A program made the translations under genes and the position numbers. From the NCBI GenBank assembly GCA_965203325.1, contig OZ241875.1, forward strand, positions 2,056,812-2,120,811: a stretch of 64,000 nucleotides of DNA, in the 5' to 3' direction. This document shows positions 63,521-64,000 of the stretch, piece after piece. Positions within the stretch are counted from its first letter, which is position 1. The number at the start of each line of letters is the position of its first letter. This DNA is from a bacterium (GTDB lineage Bacteria > UBA8248). The notes beneath the pieces were generated by a model. The model worked only from the letters and a program-made list of their open reading frames with translations. It was not told where the DNA came from and ran no database searches.

Positions 63521-64000
63521 GGCGCCGGCGATCGAGGAGGCCTCCGGCCCGAACACGGAGTTCGAATCGACCGCATGCGCGCCGCGCAGGTCGATTCTGA
63601 GCACATGCATCCGACACCCGATTCCGTGCGATCGATATACTTCGCGCATCGCGTTGCCCACCCTGCCGGGGTGGTTCCGGCATATCGCCAAAATACAAGG
63701 GCCCGCGCCGCTGATGCACGCTCCCAGCGCGCCTGCTTCGTAGGCGGCTCCAAATACCTCCTCCAGCGGACCCATCAACTCCGCCCGGTAGGGCTGGTGC
63801 AGCCTGTCCTGCATGGCTTCGCGGAACAACTCGTCGCGGCCGGTGGCGAACGCCGCCATGAGGACGCCGACCCTCTGGACATTGAAGATCGCATCGCCCA
63901 AAGAAACCTCCCCGGGCAGTTTCTGTCTCGCCGCTTGGGTGCTCACTTCGAAGTCGGGGATCGCGATCACCCAGCGGTAATCCTCCACCACGGGTATGCG
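63512..64000 (-). CDS. thrB: homoserine kinase, 5' end outside window
   Basis: Motifs ..IPDFEVSTQAARQKLP.., ..MQDRLHQPYR.., ..ISGAGPCILA... The frame is open to the window edge. Confidence 0.8.
   Translation of the reverse strand, partial: RIPVVEDYRWVIAIPDFEVSTQAARQKLPGEVSLGDAIFNVQRVGVLMAAFATGRDELFREAMQDRLHQPYRAELMGPLEEVFGAAYEAGALGACISGAGPCILAICRNHPGRVGNAMREVYRSHGIGCRMHVLRIDLRGAHAVDSNSVFGPEASSIAGASA

Overview
This is a 64-kb GC-rich bacterial chromosomal segment. An autotransporter implies an outer membrane. The Aap-type transporter and the DUF2493/DUF4326/ssb genes give it a proteobacterial flavour, but that is inference only. About 60 genes can be supported.

Core blocks:
- aapJQMP amino-acid ABC importer (24.8-29.0 kb).
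- A catabolic cluster (29.7-40.2 kb) with a ThDP enzyme, two BKACE/DUF849 paralogs, a NitT/TauT-type ABC importer, a cyclase and an M24 peptidase. It is split by an IS5/IS1182-type IS.
- A polyamine operon (45.0-48.3 kb): XRE-cupin regulator, speH, pdaD, speE, speB.
- Oxidoreductase, dehalogenase and MBL genes (57-62 kb).

Accessory content:
- An AT-richer island (3.7-10.4 kb) with IS256 debris and a SIR2-like protein ending in a SEC-C motif.
- A remnant resembling a conjugative leading region (10.4-16.3 kb): RHH, DUF2493, DUF4326, ssb and small ORFs.
- A 1389-aa Calx-beta autotransporter. Its promoter region is bracketed by 22-bp inverted repeats next to a tyrosine recombinase, making it a candidate inverton.
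- A toxin/defence islet downstream of speB (41.3-45.0 kb): Fic operon, higA, EEP nuclease and NYN protein. Two unrelated cassettes here share a conserved promoter-hairpin-terminator module.
- Three decayed type II TA loci.
- Dense intergenic repeat clusters: a 136-bp MITE in four copies, perfect palindromes and IS-end-like motifs.

No rRNA, tRNA or CRISPR array was seen. All product calls come from motif recognition by eye; no database search was run. Start codons were chosen by RBS inspection and may be off by a few codons.
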